Below, piece by piece: positions 50,827 to 60,000 of a stretch of DNA of 62,382 nucleotides (position 1 is its first letter; each line of letters starts with the position of its first letter). Under the pieces are notes generated by a model. That model worked only from the letters and a program-made list of their open reading frames with translations. It had not been told where the DNA came from and did no database searches. Origin of the DNA: an uncultured Collinsella sp. (GTDB lineage: Bacteria; Actinomycetota; Coriobacteriia; Coriobacteriales; Coriobacteriaceae); assembly GCA_959599615.1 (NCBI GenBank), contig CAUGKA010000001.1, positions 1 through 62,382 of the forward strand. Direction: 5' to 3'. Both the position numbers and the translations under genes were made by a program.

Positions 50827-51339
50827 CTACAGTCCCAGGCTCTGCTTGGTGGCGGCGCACGTGAGCTCGCCGTGCTTAACGCCGCGCAGGCCCAGCAGAC
50901 GGTCGGCCAGCTCGTAGACGCGCTCGCCGCGACCCTTGAGCGCCAGAATCTCTAAGCAGTTGTGGTGATCCAGATGCACGTGCATGGTCGATACGATCTC
51001 GTCGGTGTAGTCGTGCTGCACTTCGTCCAGACGGCGCGTCAGGTCGCCGGTATGGTGGTCGTAGATCATGGTGAGCGACCCGATAACATGCTCATCGGGC
51101 GTGCGCATCTGCTCCTTGGCGATCGAGGCGCGAATCAGGTCGCGCACGGCCTCGGAGCGGTTGGCCACGTCGCCGCGGCGCGCGATCTGTTCGTCAAAAC
51201 GGCGCAGCAGGTCGTCCGGTGCGGTAACCGAAAAGCGGACCAGCTCGGAGCCGGAGCCACTACAGTGGCAGTCTGCGTCACCGTCCGCCCCGTGCGGATG
51301 CTCGTGCTCGTACCCGCAGCCGTGCTCGTGTTCGGCCAC
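50827..51339 (-). CDS. nikR: Nickel-responsive regulator with His/Cys-rich N-terminal extension
   Basis: RFSV, NRSEAVRDLIR, YDHH, QH, HVHLDHHNCLE, GVKHG. Confidence 0.93.
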   Translation of the reverse strand: MAEHEHGCGYEHEHPHGADGDADCHCSGSGSELVRFSVTAPDDLLRRFDEQIARRGDVANRSEAVRDLIRASIAKEQMRTPDEHVIGSLTMIYDHHTGDLTRRLDEVQHDYTDEIVSTMHVHLDHHNCLEILALKGRGERVYELADRLLGLRGVKHGELTCAATKQSLGL

Positions 51340-51340
51340 G

Positions 51341-51589
51341 TTACACCAGCTTCACGGAGCCGACGGAGTTGTGGTCGGCCTCGATGGCCTCTTCGTAGCT
51401 CTCGAGTGCGTCGTGGGCCTCGTGCAGCGCGGCCATGGCTGCCTCGAGCTTGGCGCCGATGCGCTCCATGTCAAAATTCTCGGTCGCATGCAGCAACTGA
51501 TGGCTCCACTCGTGAGCGAGCTCGATGGTGTCGTCGACCTGCTTGACGCTCATGGCAAGCTGGCTCATGTTCATTCCGACGTCATGCAT
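51341..51589 (-). CDS. 82-aa helical His/Glu-rich protein, first gene of nikR-hyp operon
   Basis: AAGGAG RBS, host-like codon usage, 1 bp from nikR start. Confidence 0.75.
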   Translation of the reverse strand: MHDVGMNMSQLAMSVKQVDDTIELAHEWSHQLLHATENFDMERIGAKLEAAMAALHEAHDALESYEEAIEADHNSVGSVKLV

Positions 51590-51674
51590 AGGAATCTCCT
51601 TTTGTACGGGTCTGATCAGTGGTTCAGATTCTACTACGGAGGGCTCCCGCGCCCACCGCTGTATGCCAGTTGTC

Positions 51675-52949
51675 CTACGGTGCCAGTGAAGCAAGCGGCG
51701 CGACTACGACACCGTCTTCCCGTCGGTAGGCAGTTGCGGTTCCAGTGAGAACGAGCAAGAAGGACGCTTCGCCCTGGTGGGTCGCATCGATTTTAGATGC
51801 GAGTTTCTTGAGATTGGCGGCAGCGGCGTCTATAGACTTTGAGCCAAGCTTGACCTCAACCAGAGCGTACCTGCCGTCATCTAGCACGAGAACCGCATCG
51901 GCTTCAAGGTCGGTCTTGTCCCGATAGTGGTAAACCTTGCCGCCAAGCAGATCCATATAGGTGCGCAGGTCACGGATGCACATCGATTCAAACAGAAGCC
52001 CAAATGTTTCAAAATCCTCTAGGAGCTTTTGAGGCGTTGCCCCCAGGGCTGCGACCGCAAGCGATGGATCGCAGAAATGGCGCGTCGGACTCGTCCGTAC
52101 GGCGGTTTTTGAGCGGAGCCGCGGGGCCCATGCCTCGAGATCTTCGAAAACGCAGGAGCGGGTCAAGGCGTCGACATATTCAGAAACGGTATTTCTTGAG
52201 GGAGGTTCTCCTTGCATGTCAGCAGCGATTGTGGCGAGCGATGCCTCTGTCGAGATATTGCGAGCGTAGCTTCGAATAATCTGGGCCATCCAAGTCTTAT
52301 TTCTCCGCAGTCCATCAATCTCGTCGATATCGGAATCAAGCAGTTCCGAGATGTAATCAGGGGCCATGGATAGCGCAATCCCATGGTTTGGCTCGGTAAC
52401 CGCTTCAGGCCAACCTCCTCGGCAAAGTGAGTAGACGATACGTTCGATATCGAAGTCGACCATATCGGCAACATCGGTGTTTCCATCAAACAGGCTTGCC
52501 AGCGAAACTGATCCTGTTGACTCGCGTGATTCAAAAAGTGACATCGGGCGCATGTTTATACGTGCTATGCGGCCGACTCCTGAGTGTGCCGGCATTTCGC
52601 TTGCCCGAGGCGTTGCGGAGCCGGTGAGGATAAACCTGCCTCGTCCTTTGCCGCGGTCGATCGCGAACCTTACGGCGTCCCAAAGCTGTGGGGCCATTTG
52701 CCATTCATCGATGAGGCGTGGCTCATCTCCTTTGAGCAGGAGAGAGGGCTTCGAATCGGCAAGCTGGATGTAGCTCGGACCGTTATCGGGGTCTTGCATG
52801 TAGATGCTGCTTGCGGCTGCCTGTTCAGCCGTTGCGGTCTTGCCGCACCATTTTGGCCCTTTGATTTGGACAGCCCCAGAAGATTTTAGTTTTCTGGCGA
52901 GCACTTTGTCCGCGACTCGTGGTAAATAACCGTGTTGAATTGGACCCAT
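51675..52949 (-). CDS. AAA_14 ATPase + DUF4143 protein
   Basis: GPKWCGKT, LIDEWQ, ILTGS, HSGVGRI, MRPMSLFE, FCDPSL, FESMCIRDL, EAD..EVK nuclease-like tail. Confidence 0.88.
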   Translation of the reverse strand: MGPIQHGYLPRVADKVLARKLKSSGAVQIKGPKWCGKTATAEQAAASSIYMQDPDNGPSYIQLADSKPSLLLKGDEPRLIDEWQMAPQLWDAVRFAIDRGKGRGRFILTGSATPRASEMPAHSGVGRIARINMRPMSLFESRESTGSVSLASLFDGNTDVADMVDFDIERIVYSLCRGGWPEAVTEPNHGIALSMAPDYISELLDSDIDEIDGLRRNKTWMAQIIRSYARNISTEASLATIAADMQGEPPSRNTVSEYVDALTRSCVFEDLEAWAPRLRSKTAVRTSPTRHFCDPSLAVAALGATPQKLLEDFETFGLLFESMCIRDLRTYMDLLGGKVYHYRDKTDLEADAVLVLDDGRYALVEVKLGSKSIDAAAANLKKLASKIDATHQGEASFLLVLTGTATAYRREDGVVVAPLASLAP

Positions 52950-52986
52950 GTCACCCTCCTTGCTAGCAGGGTATTATACCGTTGAT

Positions 52987-53047
52987 TTGTGCAAGTTGGA
53001 CGATTCAGATTGTGCAAGTTGGACGATTCAGATTGTGCAAGTTGGAC
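52987..53047. repeat. 23-bp tandem repeat TTGTGCAAGTTGGACGATTCAGA x2.65
   Basis: 52987-53009, 53010-53032, partial 53033-53047; minus-strand TATAAT at 52973-52978. Confidence 0.92.
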
Positions 53048-53087
53048 ATTATATCTAGTAAACATTCATGATGCCAAAAGAGAAGCC

Positions 53088-53429
53088 CTAGAGTCTCCAG
53101 GCCTTTGTCGTATAACGCATGATGTCAAGAATGTCGGCCTTGATGTTTGGCGGCAGGGCTTTGAAGAGCGATAGATATTCGTCTTCCTGAGCAGTAAAAA
53201 ACGCAGGGCTTCCGTCTGGATCTTTGGTATAGCCAAGGATATCGTTGGGCGTGCATCCAAAGAGATCGCACAATGCAACAATGCGGTCCTCTCCTAGTTT
53301 TGCTCGACCTGTTTCCCATGCACTATATGTCGCCTTGCTAACGCCAAGACTGTCCGCAATTTGAAGCTGAGTAAGCCCTGACTTTTTGCGGATTCTGGCG
53401 AGTGCGGTATGTTTATTGGTCACATCCAT
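53088..53429 (-). CDS. XRE-family HTH repressor
   Basis: GLTQLQIADSLGVSKATYSAWETG; GGGAG RBS. Confidence 0.88.
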   Translation of the reverse strand: MDVTNKHTALARIRKKSGLTQLQIADSLGVSKATYSAWETGRAKLGEDRIVALCDLFGCTPNDILGYTKDPDGSPAFFTAQEDEYLSLFKALPPNIKADILDIMRYTTKAWRL

Positions 53430-53479
53430 GTCGCTCCCGTCTGATATCAAGAGCAACTTTGCATTTCGGTGCCGGTCAA

Positions 53480-53540
53480 ATGTCTAATTGGATTGTCCTT
53501 AGGTGCAATAATTGACATAAAGTCTAATTTGAATAAACTC
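53480..53540 (+). promoter_or_regulatory. Sigma-70 promoter of Hsp70 operon with repeated GTCTAATT operator
   Basis: TTGACA 53512-53517, TAAACT 53534-53539; GTCTAATT at 53482 and 53522. Confidence 0.55.
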
Positions 53541-53576
53541 AAAACCAATATAAATAGACATCGAGGAATGGTGGCT

Positions 53577-55136
53577 ATGGGGAGAGTTGTTGGAATCGAT
53601 CTTGGGACGACCTATTCGGCCGTCGCTGTGTTGGGAGACGATGGACTTCCCGAAATACTGAAGAATGCGGACGGAGAACCGACTACACCTTCGGTTGTTT
53701 TATTCCAATCATTTGACGGAAAAGACGAGCCGCTTGTTGGAACGATGGCCAAGCATTCGGCGGCAAGTGATCCCGATAATGTTGTCCAGTTCGTTAAACG
53801 GCAGATGGGAAATCCGGATTGGAGATTCGACTCCGACTCGGGCGTTTCCTACTCTGCAGAAGAGGTTTCCTCCCTTATTATCAAAAAATTATTGCAAGAT
53901 GCCGAGCAGGCACTTGGAGAAGAAGTATGCGGAGCCGTGATTACGGTTCCCGCATATTTTGATGATGCAAGAAGAACTGCGACAAAGCAGGCAGGTGTAA
54001 TTGCGGGCACCAAAGTGCTTCGCGTGTTGAATGAACCGACGGCCGCAGCCCTTTCCTTTGGTCTCGATACCGAGAAGAACGGCGTCACGCTTGTCTATGA
54101 TCTGGGCGGCGGAACGTTCGACGTGACGCTTCTTAAGATAGAGGACGGTTGCTTTACGGTTATCGGAACCGATGGCGATAGGAACTTGGGCGGATTCGAT
54201 TTCGATAACGCTCTCATGTCGTTTGCAGCGGAAGAGCTTTCGAAGCAGGGGGCGGGTAATGTTCTTGAGGATTATCTGATAAGCGCTGAGCTTCGCGAGA
54301 AGTGCGAAATGGTGAAGCGCACTCTCTCGAACGTGGCAAAAGCCAACCTTCACATTTCGAAAGACGGAAAGCCCTATCGCGTAACTATTACGCGCGAAGA
54401 TTTCGAACGCGTAAGCAAGTCGCTTCTAACTCGAACAAAAGAACTGGTTGAGGATGTGCTCGAAGACACTGGCTATTCATGGTCGCAGATCGACCATGTG
54501 GTTCTTGTGGGCGGTTCGACGCGTATGCCGATGGTGCACAAACTGATTGAAGAAATATCGGGAATGAAGCCTGAGCTCGGGGTAAATCCTGATGAGGCTG
54601 TTGCCATGGGAGCCGCCGTTCAGGCAGCGATAGAGATGGAGTCTAGTCTTGATGAGGCGGGTTTACCGAAGGATGGTTTGCCTGACATGCCCATCTTCGA
54701 GGTCCCGAGCGTTGTCATCACCGATGTGACATCGCAACCTTTGGGGGTTGTGATGCTCGATAAGGATGGCAAGGATTACAACGAGGTCGTGATTCCGAGG
54801 AATTCGCCCGTGCCGGGAAGTTACTCACAAGATGCAGCGACGGTCTGTGAAAACCAATCATGCGTCAACGTCCAGGTGACGCAGGGCGATGACCCTGATT
54901 TGAACTATGTGGTAATCATCGGATCTAAAGAGATACCGCTTCCCGCTGGCCTGCCCAAGAGTTCTCCCATCCGCATCGTCTATGAATACGACAAAGAACA
55001 GACAGTGCACATCCGTCTATATGACGGGGAGAACGGACGACTGTACGGTGAGTTCGAAATCGACCGCGTGGCGAATATGGACGAGCGGCAACTTGATGCT
55101 GCCGTTAACAAGATGAAGAACATCGAGATCGGATAG
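53577..55136 (+). CDS. Hsp70-family protein (non-canonical, lacks most of the helical lid)
   Basis: GIDLGTT, TVPAYF, NEPTAAA, YDLGGGTFD, LVGGSTRMP, NPDEAVA; ends ~20 aa after beta substrate domain; start may be ATG 53568. Confidence 0.93.
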   Translation: MGRVVGIDLGTTYSAVAVLGDDGLPEILKNADGEPTTPSVVLFQSFDGKDEPLVGTMAKHSAASDPDNVVQFVKRQMGNPDWRFDSDSGVSYSAEEVSSLIIKKLLQDAEQALGEEVCGAVITVPAYFDDARRTATKQAGVIAGTKVLRVLNEPTAAALSFGLDTEKNGVTLVYDLGGGTFDVTLLKIEDGCFTVIGTDGDRNLGGFDFDNALMSFAAEELSKQGAGNVLEDYLISAELREKCEMVKRTLSNVAKANLHISKDGKPYRVTITREDFERVSKSLLTRTKELVEDVLEDTGYSWSQIDHVVLVGGSTRMPMVHKLIEEISGMKPELGVNPDEAVAMGAAVQAAIEMESSLDEAGLPKDGLPDMPIFEVPSVVITDVTSQPLGVVMLDKDGKDYNEVVIPRNSPVPGSYSQDAATVCENQSCVNVQVTQGDDPDLNYVVIIGSKEIPLPAGLPKSSPIRIVYEYDKEQTVHIRLYDGENGRLYGEFEIDRVANMDERQLDAAVNKMKNIEIG

Positions 55137-55144
55137 GAAATCAG

Positions 55145-56257
55145 ATGGAAGAATTTGTCGACTACTACGGAATCCTTGGACTGCAAAAGGACGCCTCGAT
55201 TGAGGATATCGAAGAGGCGATCAAGAAAACCAGAAAGCGCTTCAGGCGCCTCGAGGGCTCGCCCGATGCGGAGCAAAGAACGAGCGCTGAGAAAATGATG
55301 CAGCGCTTGAACGAAGCGGATGAACTGTTCCACGATGAGGTGCGTCGTGGTAAGTACGATGCGTCGCATGACGCAAACAAGAGGGAAGTCGGGCGAGAGC
55401 CCCATGGCGAGAGCCCAATGTCGAGAACCTCGGGAAGAGACTGGGTCGCAGACGCAAAAGCGTATTATGAGGCGGGCCAATATACAAATGCGTTCCATTC
55501 AGCTTGCGAAGCTGTTCGAGCTGACGCGTCTGATGGGTCGGCTTGGTTGTGGCGCGCGCGTGCTTCCCAATTGCTTGATAAATATGACGATGTCATTTTC
55601 TCAACATCCGAGCTGCTTAAGTTGGATTCGGACGACGTGTATGCTCGAAAGCTACTGGCATTTGCATACTACATGACCGATGAATATGAGAAAGCTGAAT
55701 CTCAGCTTCTTGTTGCTCAAAAGATTGACCCGTCGGATTACTTGATTTTGGCGCTGCTCGCCGATGTGAGGTACTACAGAGGTCAGTATGACGTGGCCCT
55801 GCAAATGTGCCGCAACCTTTACGAGGCCCATCCGGATTCTGAAATCGTTAGAAATTCGTTGTGCCGTTGCCTCCGACATGATGCGGAAGACAAGATGAGT
55901 TCGCAAGGGAGCAAAGTTTGCTTCGCCAATTTGAAGCAGGTTGAATATGTAGAAAAAGTAATAGCGGAACTAGATTCTATGGGGAAAATAAATAGCGAAA
56001 CAGCAAAATGGGTTGTGCAAATGCGCGGAATGACCGAGTGGGCACGCAAGAGGCACTTTGTAAATCAGGAAGATATTGGCAAAGCGATAATCGGTTTCAT
56101 TGTGCTGTTCTTTATACTCGCCGCTGTTGGTGCTGTGTATGTCTTGATTTACGTGGCGATCGTTGTTGTTGTGGTCATGTTTGAAGTGTTTCCCGAAGGA
56201 TGGCGGATTAACAAGCGAAATCTAGGAGATGCCGCTTGGAAAACAGGGCTTCAATAA
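55145..56257 (+). CDS. J-domain-like (SPD) + TPR + C-terminal TM protein
   Basis: DYYGILGL..DAS..DI..A, LNEA..LF.D..RR..YD; TPR-like repeats; hydrophobic C-terminal hairpin. Confidence 0.82.
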   Translation: MEEFVDYYGILGLQKDASIEDIEEAIKKTRKRFRRLEGSPDAEQRTSAEKMMQRLNEADELFHDEVRRGKYDASHDANKREVGREPHGESPMSRTSGRDWVADAKAYYEAGQYTNAFHSACEAVRADASDGSAWLWRARASQLLDKYDDVIFSTSELLKLDSDDVYARKLLAFAYYMTDEYEKAESQLLVAQKIDPSDYLILALLADVRYYRGQYDVALQMCRNLYEAHPDSEIVRNSLCRCLRHDAEDKMSSQGSKVCFANLKQVEYVEKVIAELDSMGKINSETAKWVVQMRGMTEWARKRHFVNQEDIGKAIIGFIVLFFILAAVGAVYVLIYVAIVVVVVMFEVFPEGWRINKRNLGDAAWKTGLQ

Positions 56258-56703
56258 TGGATGTACGGTGGGACCAGGCACTGGACGGCTTGGACAGCGA
56301 TCGCCGGGCAATTATTGACTGCGCCGCACAGCTCAAGACGTCCCTCGCGTCTCTCAAATCAGACTCAAACAAAATCAAAGACCTGGCTACTGGCGAAGCT
56401 TTTGCAACGTTGTTCACCGAGTTGTTGTTGGCAATTGACAGATTTAGGTCCGAACCTCTATCGGAGGATTTGCGAACCTCGATTGTGGATGAAGTCATCG
56501 AGACGTGCGGTCATTACGGGCTTGAGCGGGTTTCGTGTGCAGGGAAGGTCAACTTGCGGGAGCATGAAGTCGTCGGATTGATTAAGACGTACGACGCATC
56601 AAAAGACGGGGAGATTGCCCGGGTGGAACGGGATGGATATAGGCTTGGCGTAAGGCTTCTTCGCCCGGCGCGAGTAGTTGTCTTTCGGTATGAAGAGGGC
56701 TGA
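56257..56703 (+). CDS. GrpE-like nucleotide exchange factor
   Basis: ELLLAID.F, GLE, HEVV, GYRLGVRLLRPARVVV; TAATG overlap. Confidence 0.8.
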   Translation: MDVRWDQALDGLDSDRRAIIDCAAQLKTSLASLKSDSNKIKDLATGEAFATLFTELLLAIDRFRSEPLSEDLRTSIVDEVIETCGHYGLERVSCAGKVNLREHEVVGLIKTYDASKDGEIARVERDGYRLGVRLLRPARVVVFRYEEG

Positions 56704-59408
56704 TGGCCAATATGTCGTTGGAAGAGACCTATGCCGAAATGAGGCAAGCAGTCAGCGAGGTCAAGGAATGCCAAGCTCGCCTGCTGGGAGCTTGTGAATC
56801 CCAATCTGTCTCCGTTGACATGTGGTTGAAGGTGACGTTGACGGAGAAGCAGGAGGCGAAAACACGGGCCCTCAACAAAATCAATCACCGTGAAAAACGA
56901 CGCAGCGCCCTTTCGAAAAAGCGCGTGCAGGATACCGTTGACGAGTTACTGGCGATCGAGGAAGGCTCCGCCCTTAACGCCGCCGAGTATATCCAGATTG
57001 GATCGATGTCGAAAACTTCAAAACGTGACGATTTGTTTACGGTGCCCTTTATCGTTCCGTTGCTTGGTCACGGCAATATCGTGATGTCGGTTTCAGGCGA
57101 GGGCTGCATTTCAGACGGGGTAGTGCGCGAGGTAGAGGCCAAGACGCTTTTATCGACTTCAGCGTCGCAAGTTGAAATCATTAGTTTTGACCCGGCACTC
57201 AAAAACATCGAGGCTCCTTTTTCGACGATTGGCCGGAACGGGCAAGGCGAGGCAGCGGTCAGGTATTTGCATTCGAGAGGCGAACTCGATGCCTTACTTA
57301 ACGAGCTGACCGACCGTGTGACGCAAATCAACAACGAGTTGCTGTCAGACGATGAGAGCCTGGCGGTATATCACCAACGGGTCGGAATGCCGGTCGAGAA
57401 GTACCAGCTCGTTGTGATCCACGATATGCCGATGGGAATGGCTGCCGAGCAATACGACCGTATCTGCTCGCTGATGAAGGCGGCCCCAAAGGCAGGCACT
57501 TCTTTCCTAATGATACAACCTAAGATGGACGACTTGCCCAAATGGTATTGCGAGAAGAAACGTTCCTATCCTGTTTCGGAGCGTCTCGAACTATTCTCGG
57601 GCAGTCATGCCCGATGGCTGGGTCACGATGGCTACGATGTTGAGCTCTATGAGCTTGACACGATTGAATCGGCGCAAGCCGCCGAGCGGATGGCCCGATC
57701 AGCGGCAGAGCTGCGGTTGCCCGAAGTAAAGATCGAGTCGGTGCTTCCCGCGGAGTATTGGATGGAGACGAGCGAGGACGGAGTCACGTTCTCGCTGGGT
57801 CTGCGTGGAACCCAGACGGTTGATGTCACGATTGGCTCGAATGAGACTCAAAGACATAATGCACTGATAACCGGCGCGGTCGGACAGGGTAAATCGAATC
57901 TGTTGAAAGATATCATCTACGGTTTGTGCGCCAGGTATTCTCCCGACGAGTTGGAACTCTATCTGTTTGATTTCAAAGAGGGCGTTACCCTGTTTCCCAT
58001 GGCTCCCACGCCGGATTCCCCCGAGTATCTACCGCAGGTAAAGGCATTTGGGCTTGAGGCCGATGAAGACTTTGCCATGGATGTGCTGAATTCCATAGCC
58101 GCCGAGGCCAAACGGAGGGCCGCTGCGATCAAGCCTTACGGAGATAATCTGCTCAAGTATCGGCGCAATAGCGGGAATAAGATGCCGCGTATCGTTGTGG
58201 TTATTGATGAGTTCCAGCTATTTCTAGAAGGCGCGAGAGGCAAGGAAGCTTGTGAACTTTTGGAACGCATCGTTCGCCTCTATCGTGCATACGGCATTCA
58301 CGTGATATTGGCGTCACAAAGTATCGGCGGGATAACCAATCTTGCCATTTCCCAGGGCAAGTTCTTCGCACAGTTTCCTATCCGTATCGGACTGAAAAAT
58401 TCGCCGGCGGAGTCGCGGGCGACTTTCGGACCCTTTAACGAGGCGGCTGCTAGTCTAAGGTTCAGGGGACAGGCGATTCTGAACGAAGATTACGGAAATC
58501 CGAGCGCAAATGTGACGGTGCTTACGCCGTTTGCTGAGGATGCCACGTTGGACAGTCTCAGGAACAAGTTCTATGCAATGCCAAATGAGCACCTTGATGA
58601 ACCGGTGGTTTTCGACGGAAGCACTCTGCCGGAGTTGACTGAGGCCCTCCTTGAGCAGAACGACATAGATTCAGGTAACGTGCCGAGCGCCTTGCTTGGT
58701 CGGGGTGTTTCTGCTGGGTTGGCACCGATATATTTCCCGTTTGAAAGAGCTGCGGGAAGCAATATCGCTCTTGTGGGCAGGGGAACGCTGCCAGGGCTCG
58801 GTGATCTTCCGAATTCTGTCGATCTTGCGGCGTGCGTTATGGAAACGCTTGTTTTATCGCTTGCACGCTATGAGCGAGGCGCTGAGTTTGCTGTAGTGGA
58901 GGATGGCGCGCGCCATGTTTCTAATTCGACTCTGGAGATATGCGCTCGTGCGGGGGTTTCTCCGGAGGTCGTGCCTTCGGACGAAGCGGCTGCATGGATT
59001 ACCAATTGTCTTCAGAGAAATGATGTCGGGGAAGAATGTGGGCGGGAGCGGTTTGTGTTGGTGCCGAATGCGGACTCACTAGGATCTTTCGACTTTGGTG
59101 CTCAGCAGAAGATTCAAAAGGTATTCCGCGAGGCTCCTATGCACGGAATCCACTTTGTCTGCCATTGGCAAAACCCCGTAGCGCTTTCAGCGCAGTTGGG
59201 TTCATCGGGACTGTCGTCTTTTGACGGCGTGGCGTGTCTGTTTGGCTCGAATGTCGCAGCGAAGCAGCTGGATGGCCCGCTGTGCCAGTGGAACGGGCAA
59301 GAAAACCGGGTCCTTTACAAGGAGGCTTCTTCGGGACGTCCCTCAATGAAGCTCATGCCCTTTGTCGCAACGCGATTATGGAGGAGGGGCGACGATGAGC
59401 AGGGATGA
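56703..59408 (+). CDS. FtsK/SpoIIIE (EccC/EssC-like) ATPase
   Basis: HNALITGAVGQGKS, YSPDELELYLFDFKEG, PRIVVVIDEFQ, R.YGIHVILASQ, QF..RI; TGATG overlap. Confidence 0.88.
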   Translation: MANMSLEETYAEMRQAVSEVKECQARLLGACESQSVSVDMWLKVTLTEKQEAKTRALNKINHREKRRSALSKKRVQDTVDELLAIEEGSALNAAEYIQIGSMSKTSKRDDLFTVPFIVPLLGHGNIVMSVSGEGCISDGVVREVEAKTLLSTSASQVEIISFDPALKNIEAPFSTIGRNGQGEAAVRYLHSRGELDALLNELTDRVTQINNELLSDDESLAVYHQRVGMPVEKYQLVVIHDMPMGMAAEQYDRICSLMKAAPKAGTSFLMIQPKMDDLPKWYCEKKRSYPVSERLELFSGSHARWLGHDGYDVELYELDTIESAQAAERMARSAAELRLPEVKIESVLPAEYWMETSEDGVTFSLGLRGTQTVDVTIGSNETQRHNALITGAVGQGKSNLLKDIIYGLCARYSPDELELYLFDFKEGVTLFPMAPTPDSPEYLPQVKAFGLEADEDFAMDVLNSIAAEAKRRAAAIKPYGDNLLKYRRNSGNKMPRIVVVIDEFQLFLEGARGKEACELLERIVRLYRAYGIHVILASQSIGGITNLAISQGKFFAQFPIRIGLKNSPAESRATFGPFNEAAASLRFRGQAILNEDYGNPSANVTVLTPFAEDATLDSLRNKFYAMPNEHLDEPVVFDGSTLPELTEALLEQNDIDSGNVPSALLGRGVSAGLAPIYFPFERAAGSNIALVGRGTLPGLGDLPNSVDLAACVMETLVLSLARYERGAEFAVVEDGARHVSNSTLEICARAGVSPEVVPSDEAAAWITNCLQRNDVGEECGRERFVLVPNADSLGSFDFGAQQKIQKVFREAPMHGIHFVCHWQNPVALSAQLGSSGLSSFDGVACLFGSNVAAKQLDGPLCQWNGQENRVLYKEASSGRPSMKLMPFVATRLWRRGDDEQG

Positions 59409-59982
59409 TTTGTACGAAAGGTATCTGTCCGAAGCAGAACGATTTCTGAAATCGGAGGCGTTGACCGCCCAGCTTGTTAAGCAGGAGTGTGATCGTTGTG
59501 ATCGGGAGTCGACCTCTGCGAGGAACATGGCGGGCAAAAAGAAAGCGGAGATAGATCGCCTGGCGCATCAAGCACAGGAGGCTTTTTTACAATTGTCTAA
59601 ACGACTTGCGGGGAGTCACGCGAAGGACGTCGGCGCTGCGCTTCCGAACATGGTAAGACCGATTGCGTCGAATGAAGACGCTGCCGAGCTTGCCTCTTCG
59701 TTATCAGGGCTTATCAAGAAAATCGATTGCTATATCGAGGTGATTGAAAAAGATACGTCTGTGAACGAGTTGAGTCAGCGATCTTCAAATGCACTGGATG
59801 CTCGACGGGCGGCTCTTGACCGGAAGCGTCTTCTGGTGGAAGAAGAAAAGGCGATGCTGGATCCTCTTCCCGTTAAAGCCGAGGAGTCGAAAGGCGGCTG
59901 CCTTTCTCAGGCGGCGGTTCTATGCGCGTGCTGTATTGGGGTAATTTCGCTTATTGCGAATGTGCTATTTGGGTTGTTGTGA
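59395..59982 (+). CDS. Coiled-coil protein with C-terminal TM anchor
   Basis: GGAGG RBS, overlaps ATPase stop, KGGCL followed by hydrophobic tail. Confidence 0.7.
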   Translation: MSRDDLYERYLSEAERFLKSEALTAQLVKQECDRCDRESTSARNMAGKKKAEIDRLAHQAQEAFLQLSKRLAGSHAKDVGAALPNMVRPIASNEDAAELASSLSGLIKKIDCYIEVIEKDTSVNELSQRSSNALDARRAALDRKRLLVEEEKAMLDPLPVKAEESKGGCLSQAAVLCACCIGVISLIANVLFGLL

Positions 59983-60000
59983 CAACGGAAAGGAACAGAA

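Noticed and set aside
52987..53047. CRISPR array from 23-bp repeats
   Set aside because: Repeats are directly adjacent with no spacers; no cas genes
53577..56703. Housekeeping dnaK-grpE-dnaJ heat-shock operon
   Set aside because: Wrong order, truncated Hsp70, J protein lacks HPD, G/F and Zn regions, no hspR/hrcA, foreign codon usage
56703..59408. Chromosome-segregation FtsK or ICE coupling protein
   Set aside because: No N-terminal TM region or gamma domain; no relaxase, VirB4 or integrase in the island
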